Made by a program: the position numbers and the translations under genes
IMG/VR virus record: IMGVR_UViG_3300007169_000009
Length of the DNA stretch: 64,000 bases
Source of the DNA: an uncultured virus (IMG/VR IMGVR_UViG_3300007169_000009)
Taxonomy: Duplodnaviria > Heunggongvirae > Uroviricota > Caudoviricetes
Reading direction: 5' to 3' (one strand)
Notes under the pieces: model-generated
The model's database searches: none
Told to the model about the DNA's origin: nothing
Seen by the model: the letters and a program-made list of their open reading frames with translations, nothing else
Shown here: piece by piece, positions 19,801 through 29,562 of the stretch
Numbering within the stretch: position 1 is the stretch's first letter
Layout of the letters: every line of letters starts with the position of its first letter

Positions 19801-22382
19801 AATATTTGGAAACTCAGTCCGACAAGCTGGGCAGATCATTTGCAGAAGTTGGCGTGGGAATTCAGGCATTTATCGCTGGCCCACTCGGATCTCTGCTTGA
19901 CGCACTTAACGTATATGTTCTTGAACCAGCTGTCGTTGCAAATAGACTAAAGGCAGTTAGGGGAGGGCTTAGCTCTGAGCAGCAGAAAATCCTCGACAGG
20001 GAAATTGCCAGAGCCGGCGGTCTTGCGGAAAGTTCAAGGCTGCCATCGGAAAAAGTGCCGGCAGGACTTTTTGATAATGAGCTAAATGTTTTTATTGACA
20101 CAATATCCAGGATTAAGCCAGAAAAAATTAAGGAAATTATTGATAGATTTGAGTCTGCAACGCTGGCAAACATAAAGCCTACCCCAAAAGAGGCTATTGA
20201 AACGCAAATAAATATCAAAAATAAGGAGCTTGAGCTTAGAGATATTGGCAAAAATGTTATAGATCAGGCCCGCAACGCGGCACGCGAACAGCAGGATCTT
20301 GATAAGCAAAGATTTGAAATTATTGAGTCCTACGAAGAGAATATTGGACAGATTCGCAAGCAAATTGAAAATGAAGTTTCTCAGCGTCGCTTTGCAATTC
20401 TTGAAAAAGAGAACTCACTGCTCGAACTTCAGGCTGAAAACAGAATTAAAGAGTTTGAGCGATTCACAAAAACCTCAATTGAGAAAGCCGGAGCCGGAAA
20501 GCCAAAAGAAATAGAAGATATTGCGAAAAAAACAGCAGAAATAGTGTCAACATTCCTGATTGAGCAACTTTCTACCGAAGAAAAAGCAGCAAAAATAAAG
20601 CGTGACGCAGCGCTAGAAGCGAAAAAACTTGACTTTGAGGCGCTAAATTTCAAGATAGAAGTTGAAAAACAAGTTTCAAAACTTAATATTGACACGGCAA
20701 AGCAGATCAGACAAATTAACGAGCAAGCACAAAGAAGAAACGAAGAATATAGCAGCAATAAATTCAAATTAGAACAAAAAATTGCGGAACTTAAGCTTGC
20801 TGCAGTTAAAATAGACATAAATAGGGATATTGCAGCACTCAAGGAGCTTTTGAAAACGGCTAAACAGGGAGATAAGTTGTATTTTAAGCAGCAGCTTGAT
20901 TTGCAATACATACAGCAAAAAATCATATCAGAAGGCATTGCCGAAATAAAAAATCTTAAGCCGCCTGCAAATTTGACGACAATTGCCCCGGTCGGTGGCG
21001 GAACTATTTCAACCGGAAGTATTGACAGCTTGGTTAAGACCCAGCGCGATCAGATTGCCGGGCAAACTGCCGAAATGCTGAGATCAGTTAATTTTGCCTA
21101 TGCAGACTCTCAGGAAGCCCTTGCCTCGGGAATTAGTAAAATTTCGGCAGAAATTCTTGCTCCGTTGGCGGATCTTGGAGTTGCCATACCACTGGACAAC
21201 AAAGAAGCTCTGCCAGTTTCAAATAAAATTACAGAAAATGAGCAGCGGCGAGCCAGGTATTCACAGCTAATTAACCAGGGCTACAAGGAAAGTGTTGCAA
21301 ATAAAATAATTGAGCTTGAATTGGCAGGAAAACTTGCGACCGCTCAATACGATGCAGCAATTCAACAGCTAAGAAGCCAAAAATACTATGACGAAGCTCT
21401 TAAAACTCAGAGAGCAATTCTCAACAGTCGAATCGAGGCATTGCAAGTTGAAAAAAGAATTCCCGGAATCACAGAGAAAAGACGAAGAGAAATTGATGGA
21501 AGCATCGCTGGTATAACTGGATACTCGGCCGAGCTAGGCACTGTAATTAGGGCGAGCCTGGACAGACAGGCTGCATTACTTGAGGGAGCAAAAGCTGGAA
21601 TACCTGGTGCAATTCAGTCCTTCACCCCTCAGCTTATTCAAAAAGAGCGTAGAAATGAAATTGAAGATTTTGTCAATCAAGGAATTTCTTCCTTGAATGA
21701 TCTTGAGGCGACGGCCATCAGGGTATCGCAAGGAATCGGAAACGCTGTTGGAGATTCCTTCGGGCAGCTTGTGACCGGACTTCTTGATGGCACGGCTACC
21801 GGCCAAGAGGTATTTGCAGGCTTCCTAAAGAGCGTTGCAGAAATTCTGGCAAAAGAGGCCGTAAACATCATTGCCACATACACCGCAATTGGAATCGCCA
21901 GGATCTTTGCTGGACTTAGCGGCGGTGGCAGCAAGTTTTTTGATGCCAGTGCAACGCCTATCCAAAGCACCAACTGGGGCGGCGGTGGAAGTGGATTATT
22001 TGGAAATCTGGGAATTAACTGGAGCCAGGCGCCATCAATTGGCGGTGTCCAAGGATTCGCCAATGGTGCCGCGTTCACCAATTCAATTGTCTCCTCGCCA
22101 ACCCTCTTTAAGTTTGCCGATGGCGCCTCAATGGAAACTGGGCTCATGGGCGAGGCAGGCCCAGAGGCGATCATGCCCCTTACCAGGGGGCCTGGTGGTC
22201 GGCTCGGGGTTGATGCGAGTGGCGCTGGCGGAGGCAGTGTCATGGTGAATGTCTCTGTCGATGCCAGCGGGTCTAAGGTTCAGGGCGACGAGGCGCAGGG
22301 CGCCCAGCTCGGCCGCGTCATTGGAGCGGCAGTGCAGCAAGAGCTGATCAGGCAAAAACGACCCGGAGGACTCCTTGCGTAA
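13872..22382 (+). CDS. tape measure protein (~2,836 aa)
   Basis: Long helical protein after chaperones; GINSPSR motif, Gly-rich hydrophobic segment, C-terminal GLMGEAGPEAIMPL...KRPGGLL; in-frame GTG start. Confidence 0.92.
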   Translation: MASTQATIDLIVRGSAAVNRLISDVGQLQGAVQRINSQTLDVAPGDLRRRTNDLTSAMNGLADRANTLGRRRAQALREEIAEMGRLATAQRNQQAALEDAARAERELSRLAGRDESRSRRTDELRRNLINATSQAEAFSDEIDSAATSARTLRQEVEQISQAYRNVATAAEPIINANQVAASSDAVRALAREYNAFGDSLQRGARETRLSRTLIPGQISSFRQLGSEIEQVDASLQNLRAELSRLGAQETIVRISAPRAIQEGELLLGPVDLQAQVQAQQENTAREQRNQRRTEIAEQIRQQENQLANLERQAARVGRQTVARQDELTRLTEGRTPQQNQPAGLSVSLNQIQAQAEGLALVANNSAIASNAFNQFTVAAEIASIKLARSQQATFAALAGGFSEAMAPPPGLGGSVPGGSAIGGARAQVAELINMIPELTRSEAALGAHISLLTKVQQLLPFVSLEYRAVEDAIRGLNEELQDAAAMKNAPATRLGSLEQYRQQEAFRSGVERTQQRRQKESNSILDKYSKIYSDIYDAQIEQVDKTRLLENSSRVLEALDEDRLESAKAITRELQDQLNAAKGRSKAEREAARRGGPSMPVTGRLVTGGAVPGSPAAQGRRGPALPVSGRLIGGGFAPGSPEAKRQEAMNQARLKNIIRSGEIAEKNLIKLQAQDPSELLNKELANLQGQLVEAQKTLNKAKQEGVSIRKVDVDLLGYEIAATSKLAQLEKKDATAKKAKDGPSVAIDNLVEQRKYQRQINDAYKEQEDLIDKINKAGLSQNQVEKLSIGIGQAREALLGNQLEESQQITREVEKQLQLEKEIESNRQKQRAKGVNWTTFLARGEEAIAENRGNAAAASKKEMEDAANARKNQLTKLETQLNNYTILEGKGVKFMEEKAELAELVSGLSNNQIALTKQETEAIDELIKKFRLYSDLRVSQAKTAGTYKSGPSGKTQAEINEDRRERVLKSARTQEERLLKLGRKGVDVADLRKGLEEQILNIQKLQGSATADSVREAAEALMVYRRAIDDLGNSLGKGSKSGPGLEQALQKLREARGSREAFLAGASPAVAIDKIVREFNSGGESADDAGKNIAETFANSLEASTPAAAAAAKKMAEGSTDAINKEFGINSPSRFMIELVRNLVTTYVDQLREATPTIQEAARKAFSIDEKTLKGFSGRVIDEKTSQGLLDAGAKAGAALLSEGSGKKVSAEEMAGYIAQKGTILNPAKLQEFLGEKFFKAAEGQLSVGNVGTELKVVQDIYKQFYGIGREAGEAVFSAQEIELAIKNLTSGLDIIATLVQASADLTKKFGSSKAGKGMLVPLGETDPSVMAGQAKAFGGAGFAGMSEAEWSNLFTRLGGVPDFNKLFTQQEFYKIKNQKADQELQDRFKSIFDAETTYTTGSRAKAPRLVDIRQPNIFSAFVEQAKAAVSAAIPKTAQEQIPAAYGTSPERMARLYGNARGQGAGRFGISEEQWLAGFKKIGMVPDFEKMFGKEQWSLVEQGNDIPEIENKIKSIILGAASKAAKEIIAGSSSLTTIPGQAQIAGAGEIVAEDDKQRRRIEEAYRRSAERQAAIMAEDTAMRIAGKSLVPAPAAQPIPEVQPAQAAQQIQEKTAIGAEVKKTIDSVFTDIGIAAKNGVKKIQESKVGQAIDSISSNIGTAADKASQKIKKTEAGKAFDFVADKTKKGADAFLAKIKGTKAEKAFDFLFAQIDRAIDKAQSAASGIGGGFGAGGGTRPPSGGGPGGPGGPGGQKDPEEFARRLDEATKKGAEALLGLEELRDPTKASINEIEALSAVLKEFRAVLDPTAKGFDRLDDQLRETIAKIDREGQVRAPDAGFLTRFTRDPRKANAISEGLIGGAFPLLFGQGLGASVGGGLGGFAGGFAGGGLGFGLSLIGTALGTAFDTAVQGAKELGAALQKPVENFDKLAEKSFFSSRGQEELIKRTIQSGNASFASALIQQEAIKKVGVNGVKNLKYLETQSDKLGRSFAEVGVGIQAFIAGPLGSLLDALNVYVLEPAVVANRLKAVRGGLSSEQQKILDREIARAGGLAESSRLPSEKVPAGLFDNELNVFIDTISRIKPEKIKEIIDRFESATLANIKPTPKEAIETQINIKNKELELRDIGKNVIDQARNAAREQQDLDKQRFEIIESYEENIGQIRKQIENEVSQRRFAILEKENSLLELQAENRIKEFERFTKTSIEKAGAGKPKEIEDIAKKTAEIVSTFLIEQLSTEEKAAKIKRDAALEAKKLDFEALNFKIEVEKQVSKLNIDTAKQIRQINEQAQRRNEEYSSNKFKLEQKIAELKLAAVKIDINRDIAALKELLKTAKQGDKLYFKQQLDLQYIQQKIISEGIAEIKNLKPPANLTTIAPVGGGTISTGSIDSLVKTQRDQIAGQTAEMLRSVNFAYADSQEALASGISKISAEILAPLADLGVAIPLDNKEALPVSNKITENEQRRARYSQLINQGYKESVANKIIELELAGKLATAQYDAAIQQLRSQKYYDEALKTQRAILNSRIEALQVEKRIPGITEKRRREIDGSIAGITGYSAELGTVIRASLDRQAALLEGAKAGIPGAIQSFTPQLIQKERRNEIEDFVNQGISSLNDLEATAIRVSQGIGNAVGDSFGQLVTGLLDGTATGQEVFAGFLKSVAEILAKEAVNIIATYTAIGIARIFAGLSGGGSKFFDASATPIQSTNWGGGGSGLFGNLGINWSQAPSIGGVQGFANGAAFTNSIVSSPTLFKFADGASMETGLMGEAGPEAIMPLTRGPGGRLGVDASGAGGGSVMVNVSVDASGSKVQGDEAQGAQLGRVIGAAVQQELIRQKRPGGLLA

Positions 22383-22729
22383 TGGCCACTTTTCCAAATT
22401 ACAGGCCGACATACTCGGCCACCAAAAAATCAAACCCAAAAACCCGAACGACCAAGTTCGGGGATGGATATGAGCAAAGGACTGTTTTCGGCTTAAACCA
22501 AGATCCAAAGGAATGGTCGCTAACTTTTATCCTGCCAAACAGCGACGTAAAGATTATCGAAGCATTCCTAGATCAAAGAGCAAATGATTCACAGTCGTTT
22601 GACTGGATTCCACCAGACGAAGAATCAACTTCGTACAAATGGAAATGCGAAGGAGGCTACTCAAAAGAAATGTTTGATGTTGGAGTCAGCAGACTTACAG
22701 TAGCTTTTCAACAAGTATTTGAGCCATGA
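22382..22729 (+). CDS. distal tail protein (lambda gpM-like)
   Basis: FGDGYEQR..FGLN, SFDWIPP, FQQVFEP. Confidence 0.9.
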   Translation: MATFPNYRPTYSATKKSNPKTRTTKFGDGYEQRTVFGLNQDPKEWSLTFILPNSDVKIIEAFLDQRANDSQSFDWIPPDEESTSYKWKCEGGYSKEMFDVGVSRLTVAFQQVFEP

Positions 22730-23406
22730 CAGTACCCGTCTCCGATCTCCAAGCGATTGCGCCTAGCGCCATCATCGAGCTGTTTGAGCTTGAGCTAAAT
22801 ACAGCGCAGCATGGTGTAACGCAAACGTATCGGTTCCACGCCGGCAGCTCACTTAATGCCAATGGCGAAGTAGTATGGAACGGTAACAACTATATGCGGT
22901 TTCCGATTGAAGCGACGGGGTTTGAGTACAGCGGCAATGGCCAGTTGCCGCGCCCTAAGGTGCAGGTCAGCAACATCATGGGCACTATCACCGCGCTGCT
23001 GCTCAGCCTGCCAAGCGGTCTAGAAGGTGCCAAGTTTACGCGGGTGCGTACACTAGCCCGCTACATCGACGGAGCCAACTTTCCCGGCAACACCAACCCA
23101 TACGGCGCACCGGATCCAACTGCTGAATTACCGCGTGAAATCTACTACGTTGACCGCAAAGTAGTCGAAACACGCGACGTTATAGAGTTTGAGTTAGCGG
23201 CAGCGTTTGACCTAGCGGGCATCCGCGCACCAAAGCGGCAGTGCATAGCCAACGTATGTCAATGGGTCTACAAATCAACCGAGTGCGGCTACACCGGCGG
23301 CTTAGCAACATGCGATAAGACCCTAGCAGCGTGCAAGGCACACTTCGGTACTTACGCTGAGCTGCCATTTGGCTCGTTCCCTGGTGTGGGGGCCTTCAAC
23401 GCATGA
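22726..23406 (+). CDS. minor tail protein (lambda gpL-like)
   Basis: [16 protein letters not shown]-terminal Cys cluster CQWVY...ECGY...C...C, FGSFPG. Confidence 0.92.
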   Translation: MTVPVSDLQAIAPSAIIELFELELNTAQHGVTQTYRFHAGSSLNANGEVVWNGNNYMRFPIEATGFEYSGNGQLPRPKVQVSNIMGTITALLLSLPSGLEGAKFTRVRTLARYIDGANFPGNTNPYGAPDPTAELPREIYYVDRKVVETRDVIEFELAAAFDLAGIRAPKRQCIANVCQWVYKSTECGYTGGLATCDKTLAACKAHFGTYAELPFGSFPGVGAFNA

Positions 23407-24125
23407 CATGGCAAGATGCGGCGCTGCAGCACGCGCAGGCTGAGGATCCGCGTGAATCATGCGGTCTGCTGGTGGTCGTCAAAGGCCGCCGCCGCTACTG
23501 GCCATGCCGAAACCTATCCACCGAGGCTGATCAGTTCATCCTTGATCCTGAGGATTATGCCGCTGCCGAGGACGCCGGTGAAATCGTCGCTGTGGTGCAT
23601 AGCCACCCAGCATTGCCGCCGGTGCCAAGCGCTGCAGACCTCGCCGGCATCGAGCGCTCCGGGTTGCCGTGGCACATCTGCAACCCCAAAACCGGCGCAT
23701 GGAGCGCAGAGCTGCGTCCAACCGGCTACAAGCCGCCGCTGATCGGTAGGCCGTGGGTGTGGGCTGTAATGGACTGCTGGACGCTGACCCGCGACTGGTA
23801 CGCCGAGCATGGTTTGCAGCTGCCGGACTGGGAGCGACCGCTAACGCCAAAAGCGTTTGAAGCGGATCCGTTGTTTGACCGCTACTGGCACTCTGCAGGC
23901 TTTCGCGAGCTACTAGAAGATGAATCGCTACAGGCTGGTGATGCACTGCTGATGGCGATCGACAACAGCAAGCTGAATCATGCTGGCGTCTACGTCGGCG
24001 ATCAGCTGGTACTGCACCACCTGCGCGGTCGGCTTAGCAGTCGTGATCTCTACGGCGGTTGGCTGATGAAATGCACCGGCCGCAGGCTGCGGCACTACGA
24101 TGCGGGCAGGCTCAAGCTTCGGTGA
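23403..24125 (+). CDS. tail assembly protein (gpK-like, JAB + NlpC/P60)
   Basis: ESCGL, VHSHP...S..D, DCW, NHAGVY, LHH. Confidence 0.92.
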   Translation: MTWQDAALQHAQAEDPRESCGLLVVVKGRRRYWPCRNLSTEADQFILDPEDYAAAEDAGEIVAVVHSHPALPPVPSAADLAGIERSGLPWHICNPKTGAWSAELRPTGYKPPLIGRPWVWAVMDCWTLTRDWYAEHGLQLPDWERPLTPKAFEADPLFDRYWHSAGFRELLEDESLQAGDALLMAIDNSKLNHAGVYVGDQLVLHHLRGRLSSRDLYGGWLMKCTGRRLRHYDAGRLKLR

Positions 24126-24736
24126 TGCTGCGCAAGATCCGCGTTTATGGCCGACTGGCCAAGTTCCTCGGGCAGCGCACCTTTGAGGCGGCAGTTGATA
24201 GTGCCGCCGAGGCTGTGCGCTTCCTGGCTGTCAACTTCCCTGGCCTGGAGCATCACATGGCAGACCAGCACTACCGCGTCAGTGTCGGCACCCATGACCT
24301 CGGCGAGGATGAACTAGCGGATCCCGTAGGGCAGCAGACAATCAAGATTATGCCGGTGATCAGTGGTGCTGGCGGTGGCGTTGGCAAGATCATTGCAGGG
24401 GTGGCGCTGATTGCGCTTTCATTTGCACTGCCTGGCTCAACCATTGGTCTTTTTGGTCTAGGCACAATTGGACTAACTGCGTTCGCGGCGCCTGTGCTTG
24501 CTATCGGCGCCAGCTTGGTGCTGGGTGGCGTCTCCCAACTCTTGACGCCAACACCGCGCCTAGCGGCACCAGGCACAAGCGGCAACCGCGAGGCAGACCC
24601 ACGCGAAAGCTTCAGCTTCAGCGGCATCCAAAACACCAGCCGTCAAGGCGTTCCCGTACCGATCGTCTACGGTGAAACCATCGTCGGCAGCGTTGTCATC
24701 AGCGCTGGTATCGACACCGTAAGGGTGCGCGGCTGA
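24125..24736 (+). CDS. tail assembly protein (gpI-like)
   Basis: [15 protein letters not shown]...QGVPVPIVYGE..VGS. Confidence 0.9.
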   Translation: MLRKIRVYGRLAKFLGQRTFEAAVDSAAEAVRFLAVNFPGLEHHMADQHYRVSVGTHDLGEDELADPVGQQTIKIMPVISGAGGGVGKIIAGVALIALSFALPGSTIGLFGLGTIGLTAFAAPVLAIGASLVLGGVSQLLTPTPRLAAPGTSGNREADPRESFSFSGIQNTSRQGVPVPIVYGETIVGSVVISAGIDTVRVRG

Positions 24737-27700
24737 TGGGTAGATTGATCGCTGGCGCTGGTGGCGGTGGTGGCGGCGGCGGCAGTGGCTCGGGAGCAGA
24801 GACGCAGCGCACTCCAACAGTCGCGGGCGACAGTCTTGATTCACGGCAGTACGCGACACTTCTTGATCTGATCAGCGAAGGCGAAATCCAAGGCTTGAAA
24901 GCCGGCCATCAGTCAATCATCTTAAACGACACGCCACTTCAGAATCCAGACGGCTCCTATAACTTCCAAGGTATCACCGTTGAAACACGCAACGGTACGC
25001 AGAATCAGTCCTACATAGCCATTGCTCCTGACGTAGAGGACGAGGTATCTGTTGGTGTTGAGGTGCAATATGGCACTCCTGTAACACGTCAAATCACAGA
25101 TCCCAATATAAACGCAGTGCGTGTTACATTGACAATTCCGCAGTTGCAGCAAAGCACGAAAGACGGCAATATCTATGGTTTATCCGTTACTTATTCCATT
25201 GCCGTGCAGTATGATGGGGGTGGTTTTACAACCATTATTACAGATTCTATTTCAGGGCGCACAGCGGACGCATTTCAAACAGATTATATTCTTGACCTAA
25301 ATGCAGGTTTCACCACTGCTGACATCCGCGTAACACGCATTTCAGTATCAGATAGTATTCGTATTCAACAAGACTCAAGCGTAATCGAATCATCTAGCGC
25401 ATTTCAGTGGACTTCGTACACTGAAATCATATACGCAAAGTTGCGATACCCAAATAGCGCGTTAATCGCGCTACGGCTTGATGCGGAGCAGTTTAGCAAT
25501 ATTCCTTCCCGCGCTTACCATATTCGCGGGATTAAGATACAAATCCCAAGCAATGCAACTGTAGATAGCGCAAGCGGCAGACTAATCTACAATGGAATCT
25601 GGGATGGCACTTTTGGCGCTGCGCAATGGTGCAGCGATCCCGCCTGGGTGCTATTTGACTTGCTAATCAGCACTAGATACGGTTTTGGCGATCACGTCAA
25701 AGCAACACAGCTTGATAAGTGGGCATTTTACACAGCGTCACAATATGCCAGCGAGCTTGTGCCTAATGGCTTCGGTGGCACGGAGCCACGCTTTAGCTGC
25801 AATGTCAACATCCAGACGCAAACCGAAGCGTACAAGCTGATAAATGATCTATGCAGTGTCATGCGTGTGATGCCCTACTGGGGTACTGGAACGCTAACAA
25901 TTAGCCAAGACAGGCCGGCTGATAGCGCATACCTGTTTACGCTAGCAAATGTCACGGCAGAAGGTTTCAGCTACCAAGGAGGCAGTCGCAAAGCAAGGCC
26001 CACTGTTGCAGTTGTTAGCTACCTTGATCTTGAAACACGCGAGAAGGCTTATGAGGTAGTCGAGGATCAAGATGGCATTAGCAAATACGGTGTTGTCAAG
26101 GAAGAAGTAGACGCTTTCGCTTGCACCAGTCGCGGGCAGGCGCATCGCTTGGGTGAATGGCTGCTCTATTCCGAGCAGTACGAATCAGAGGTGATCAGCT
26201 TCACAACAAGCCTTGATGCTGGTGTGCTCGTTCGCCCTGGCCAGGTGATTGAGGTAGCAGACCCGCTGAGGGCTGGCGTCCGTCGCGGCGGCCGCATCGC
26301 GGCGGCTACAACGTCAACAATCACCGTAGATGACGCCACCGGATTGTCGGCTGTAGCCGGTGCTGAGTTGTCGGTCATCCTGCCGACCGGCGCCGTTGAA
26401 TCTCGCGCAGTTCAAGCTATCGTCGGCGACGAAATCATTGTTGCTAGCAACTATAGCGCTGCACCCAATGTAAACAGCGTATGGGTGTATCAAACCAACA
26501 ATATACAAGCATCAACATGGCGGGTGCTGTCTATTGCTGAAACAGACGAAGGCCATCAGTATGGCGTTACCGCACTGGCCTATAACGCCAGCAAATACGC
26601 CTACGTTGAACGTGACATCGCGCTGCAGCAACGGGACATCACAGACCTAAACATCGTCCCGCCACCGCCGATCGACCTGACAGGAAATGAAGTGCTCTAT
26701 GACGCTGGTGGTATCGCCAAGGCAAAGCTGATCATTAGCTGGCGGGCGGTTACTGGTGTCACGCAATATCAAGTGCAGTGGCGTCGCGATAGCGATAACT
26801 GGAATACCCGCACAGTCAGCAGCCCGGACTATGAGATCCTTGACACCACGCCAGGCACCTATGCGGTGCGTGTTTACAGCCTCAGCGCATCACTGCTGCC
26901 GTCAACACAACCGGCAGAGCTAACTAAGGTAGCCGCTGGTAAGACGGCACCGCCTGCCACTGTAACTGGACTGTCGCTAATCCCTATCGACACGGCAAGC
27001 GCTATCCTCAGCTGGGATCGTGCTACTGAGCTTGATGTGTTGCTGGGCGGCAAGGTACTGATCCGCCATAACATCGCTAGCACTAATGCGTTATGGGAGG
27101 ATAGTCAAGAGGTCGTATCAGCAGCAGCCGGAAGCCAGACGCAAAAGCAAGTGCCATTACTAACCGGCACCTATCTGGTCAAGTTTGAGGATGACGGTGG
27201 CCGACGTTCTGCCACCGCTGCCACCGCTGTAGTACAACTGCCGGCGCCGCAACCGCGCCTACTGGTGCAGTCCTACCGTGAAGATCAAGAGACGCCGCCA
27301 TTCTCGGGCAATGTCACCGACATGATCTACAGCGCTGAGCTAGATGGCCTGATCCTCGCCACCGGTACCAAGATCGACGCATTAGCAACGGATGGCAACT
27401 GGGACGCACTAGGCACCTTCGACGCTATAAGCGGTAGCATCGGCTCTGGGGAATACGAGTTCGGCAGTACCTTTGATCTAGGTGGCGTATATGACCTTGA
27501 CATGCGCCGGTATTTTGTCACACGGCCTTATGCGCCTGGCGATCTGTTCGACGACAATACCGCATTGATTGATACGTGGCCCACCTTTGATGGCACGCTT
27601 TATGATGCCGTCAACGCTGTGCTTTATGTACGTTCTACCAACGACGATCCTGGCGCGTCGCCCACGTGGACGGCATGGCGCGAGTTTGCTAATGCGTTGA

Positions 27701-28044
27701 CCCGTGGCCGCGCATTTCAGTTCAAGACCATTGCTACCAGCACCAACAACGATCAAAACATCGTCATTGACGAGCTTGGTTGCGAGCTTGAGCTGCAGCA
27801 GCGCAGCGCCAGCGCTGGCCCGCTGACGACAGCCGCAGCGGCTTATGCGGTCACGTTTGCCAACCGCTTCTACCAGACGCCGCAACTTGGCATCACCGCG
27901 TACAACATGGCTACAGGAGACTACTATGTGATCAGCAGTCCCACCCGATCAGGGTTCACGATCACCTTCTACAACGCAGCTAATAGCATGATCTCGCGCC
28001 AGTTCAGCTACACTGCCATCGGCTACGGCCGGGAGATCGTCTAA
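24736..28044 (+). CDS. central tail fibre/host specificity protein (gpJ-like)
   Basis: DLISEGEI.GL, LRYPNSA, WDGTF..W..DPAW, EPRF.CN, FN3-like C-terminal region. Confidence 0.93.
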   Translation: MGRLIAGAGGGGGGGGSGSGAETQRTPTVAGDSLDSRQYATLLDLISEGEIQGLKAGHQSIILNDTPLQNPDGSYNFQGITVETRNGTQNQSYIAIAPDVEDEVSVGVEVQYGTPVTRQITDPNINAVRVTLTIPQLQQSTKDGNIYGLSVTYSIAVQYDGGGFTTIITDSISGRTADAFQTDYILDLNAGFTTADIRVTRISVSDSIRIQQDSSVIESSSAFQWTSYTEIIYAKLRYPNSALIALRLDAEQFSNIPSRAYHIRGIKIQIPSNATVDSASGRLIYNGIWDGTFGAAQWCSDPAWVLFDLLISTRYGFGDHVKATQLDKWAFYTASQYASELVPNGFGGTEPRFSCNVNIQTQTEAYKLINDLCSVMRVMPYWGTGTLTISQDRPADSAYLFTLANVTAEGFSYQGGSRKARPTVAVVSYLDLETREKAYEVVEDQDGISKYGVVKEEVDAFACTSRGQAHRLGEWLLYSEQYESEVISFTTSLDAGVLVRPGQVIEVADPLRAGVRRGGRIAAATTSTITVDDATGLSAVAGAELSVILPTGAVESRAVQAIVGDEIIVASNYSAAPNVNSVWVYQTNNIQASTWRVLSIAETDEGHQYGVTALAYNASKYAYVERDIALQQRDITDLNIVPPPPIDLTGNEVLYDAGGIAKAKLIISWRAVTGVTQYQVQWRRDSDNWNTRTVSSPDYEILDTTPGTYAVRVYSLSASLLPSTQPAELTKVAAGKTAPPATVTGLSLIPIDTASAILSWDRATELDVLLGGKVLIRHNIASTNALWEDSQEVVSAAAGSQTQKQVPLLTGTYLVKFEDDGGRRSATAATAVVQLPAPQPRLLVQSYREDQETPPFSGNVTDMIYSAELDGLILATGTKIDALATDGNWDALGTFDAISGSIGSGEYEFGSTFDLGGVYDLDMRRYFVTRPYAPGDLFDDNTALIDTWPTFDGTLYDAVNAVLYVRSTNDDPGASPTWTAWREFANALTRGRAFQFKTIATSTNNDQNIVIDELGCELELQQRSASAGPLTTAAAAYAVTFANRFYQTPQLGITAYNMATGDYYVISSPTRSGFTITFYNAANSMISRQFSYTAIGYGREIV

Positions 28045-29084
28045 TGGCGCAACACGACTACGCAATCGCTAACCAGTCCGCTGCGGCCGTCCGTGCGGAT
28101 CTGAACAACGCGCTGTCTGCAATCGTCAGTCAGAACAGCGGCGCCGCAGAGCCCAGCACCACCTTCGCATACATGCGATGGGCCGATACCACGGCCGGCG
28201 TCATGAAGATGCGTAATGGCGCAAACTCAGCCTGGATCACGCTCTACCAATTGGATGGAGAGTGGACAAGCATTGCCCTTGAAAATGGCACCGCTGCTGC
28301 GCCATCGCTGTATTTCAAGGACAGCGGTACCGACACCGGCATCTACAGCAGCGGCACTGATGCGCTTGATTTTGCCACTGGCGGCACGCGCCGCGTTGGC
28401 ATCAGCAGCGCCGGTGATGTCACCATCTACGGTGGTAACGTCACGCTTAACACGCAGGGTCCTCTGCGCTTCGCTGATAGCGACAACAGCAACTGGGTAG
28501 CATTCCAAGCGCCGACCACTGTACCGAGCAATGTTACCTGGACACTACCTAGTCAAGATGGTTTGCCAGGTCATTCAATGTGTACTGACGGCGCTGGCAA
28601 CCTCAGCTTTACTGCCGGAGCAATCCCTACGGGTACTATTATTTGGCAGCCCGGATCTGCAGCGCCTACTGGTTATATCAAAGCAAACGGAGCGTCACTA
28701 AGTCGCACCACTTATGCCGGGCTGTGGACTTATGCACAGACATCCGGCAACCTTGCCGCCAGCGAAGGTGCAAAACAGGCCGGTCAGTTCGGACCTGGCA
28801 ATGGCAGCACGACATTCACGATTCCTGATCTGCGCGGCGAGTTTGTGCGCGGTTGGGATGACAGCCGTGGAGTGGATTCTGGGCGAGCAATCGGTAGTTT
28901 TCAGGTGGATGAGTTCAAGAGTCACTACCATACGGTGACGGATCTTTACAACGGCAACGGTGGAGGCCAGGGCAGCGGCGGAGCCAATACCAACACCGTC
29001 TCCACTACACAAACAACGTCTAGCATCGGCGGCACCGAAACCCGCCCCCGCAACGTCGCACTCCTGGCCTGTATCAAGTTCTGA
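28044..29084 (+). CDS. tail fibre with phage tail collar domain
   Basis: MAQHDY.I.N; collar APTGY..ANG..LSRTTYA.L...TF.IPDLRGEF.RGWD; ETRPRNVALLACIKF. Confidence 0.9.
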   Translation: MAQHDYAIANQSAAAVRADLNNALSAIVSQNSGAAEPSTTFAYMRWADTTAGVMKMRNGANSAWITLYQLDGEWTSIALENGTAAAPSLYFKDSGTDTGIYSSGTDALDFATGGTRRVGISSAGDVTIYGGNVTLNTQGPLRFADSDNSNWVAFQAPTTVPSNVTWTLPSQDGLPGHSMCTDGAGNLSFTAGAIPTGTIIWQPGSAAPTGYIKANGASLSRTTYAGLWTYAQTSGNLAASEGAKQAGQFGPGNGSTTFTIPDLRGEFVRGWDDSRGVDSGRAIGSFQVDEFKSHYHTVTDLYNGNGGGQGSGGANTNTVSTTQTTSSIGGTETRPRNVALLACIKF

Positions 29085-29086
29085 TC

Positions 29087-29419
29087 ATGGACATCTTTCA
29101 CTATCATCCACTCACTGGCGCTTTCTTGGGCATCGGCAAAGCTGACCCCTCCCCTCTCGAAAGGGACACATGGTTGATTCCGGCTCACGCAACGGTAACT
29201 AAGCCACCCGTTACCGAAGAAGGGCAACAAGCTATTTACCGCAGCGGCCTATGGGTCATAGAGAGCCTTCCCGAACCCGAACCTGAGCCCGAGCCGACTG
29301 TGCAAGCAACCATTCAGTTCCCAGATCCGGCTGCGCCGCTGACCGCCGCCGAGCGTTTGAAAGCCGCAGGTTTCGACCTTGATGAGTTGCGAGCGCTGCT
29401 TTTGGGAGGTGCAGTCTGA
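29087..29419 (+). CDS. tail fibre assembly chaperone (tfa-like)
   Basis: YHPLTG.FLG...ADPSPLE...LIPAHAT..PP. Confidence 0.8.
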   Translation: MDIFHYHPLTGAFLGIGKADPSPLERDTWLIPAHATVTKPPVTEEGQQAIYRSGLWVIESLPEPEPEPEPTVQATIQFPDPAAPLTAAERLKAAGFDLDELRALLLGGAV

Positions 29420-29553
29420 TGGCAGTCCGCAGCAAAACCGGCACTGCCGCCGTCCAACACCAACCAGGCAAGCCGAAACTCACTCGGCAAGGGCATGGCC
29501 GCCATAGCAGGCCAAGCCACAACCGCAAAAAGCTGCGCGGCCAGGGTCGCTAA
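29419..29553 (+). CDS. small basic protein (44 aa, not in ORF track)
   Basis: MAVRSKTG...PKLTRQG.GRHSRP...KKLRGQGR. Confidence 0.7.
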   Translation: MAVRSKTGTAAVQHQPGKPKLTRQGHGRHSRPSHNRKKLRGQGR

Positions 29554-29562
29554 GCTGGAGCC

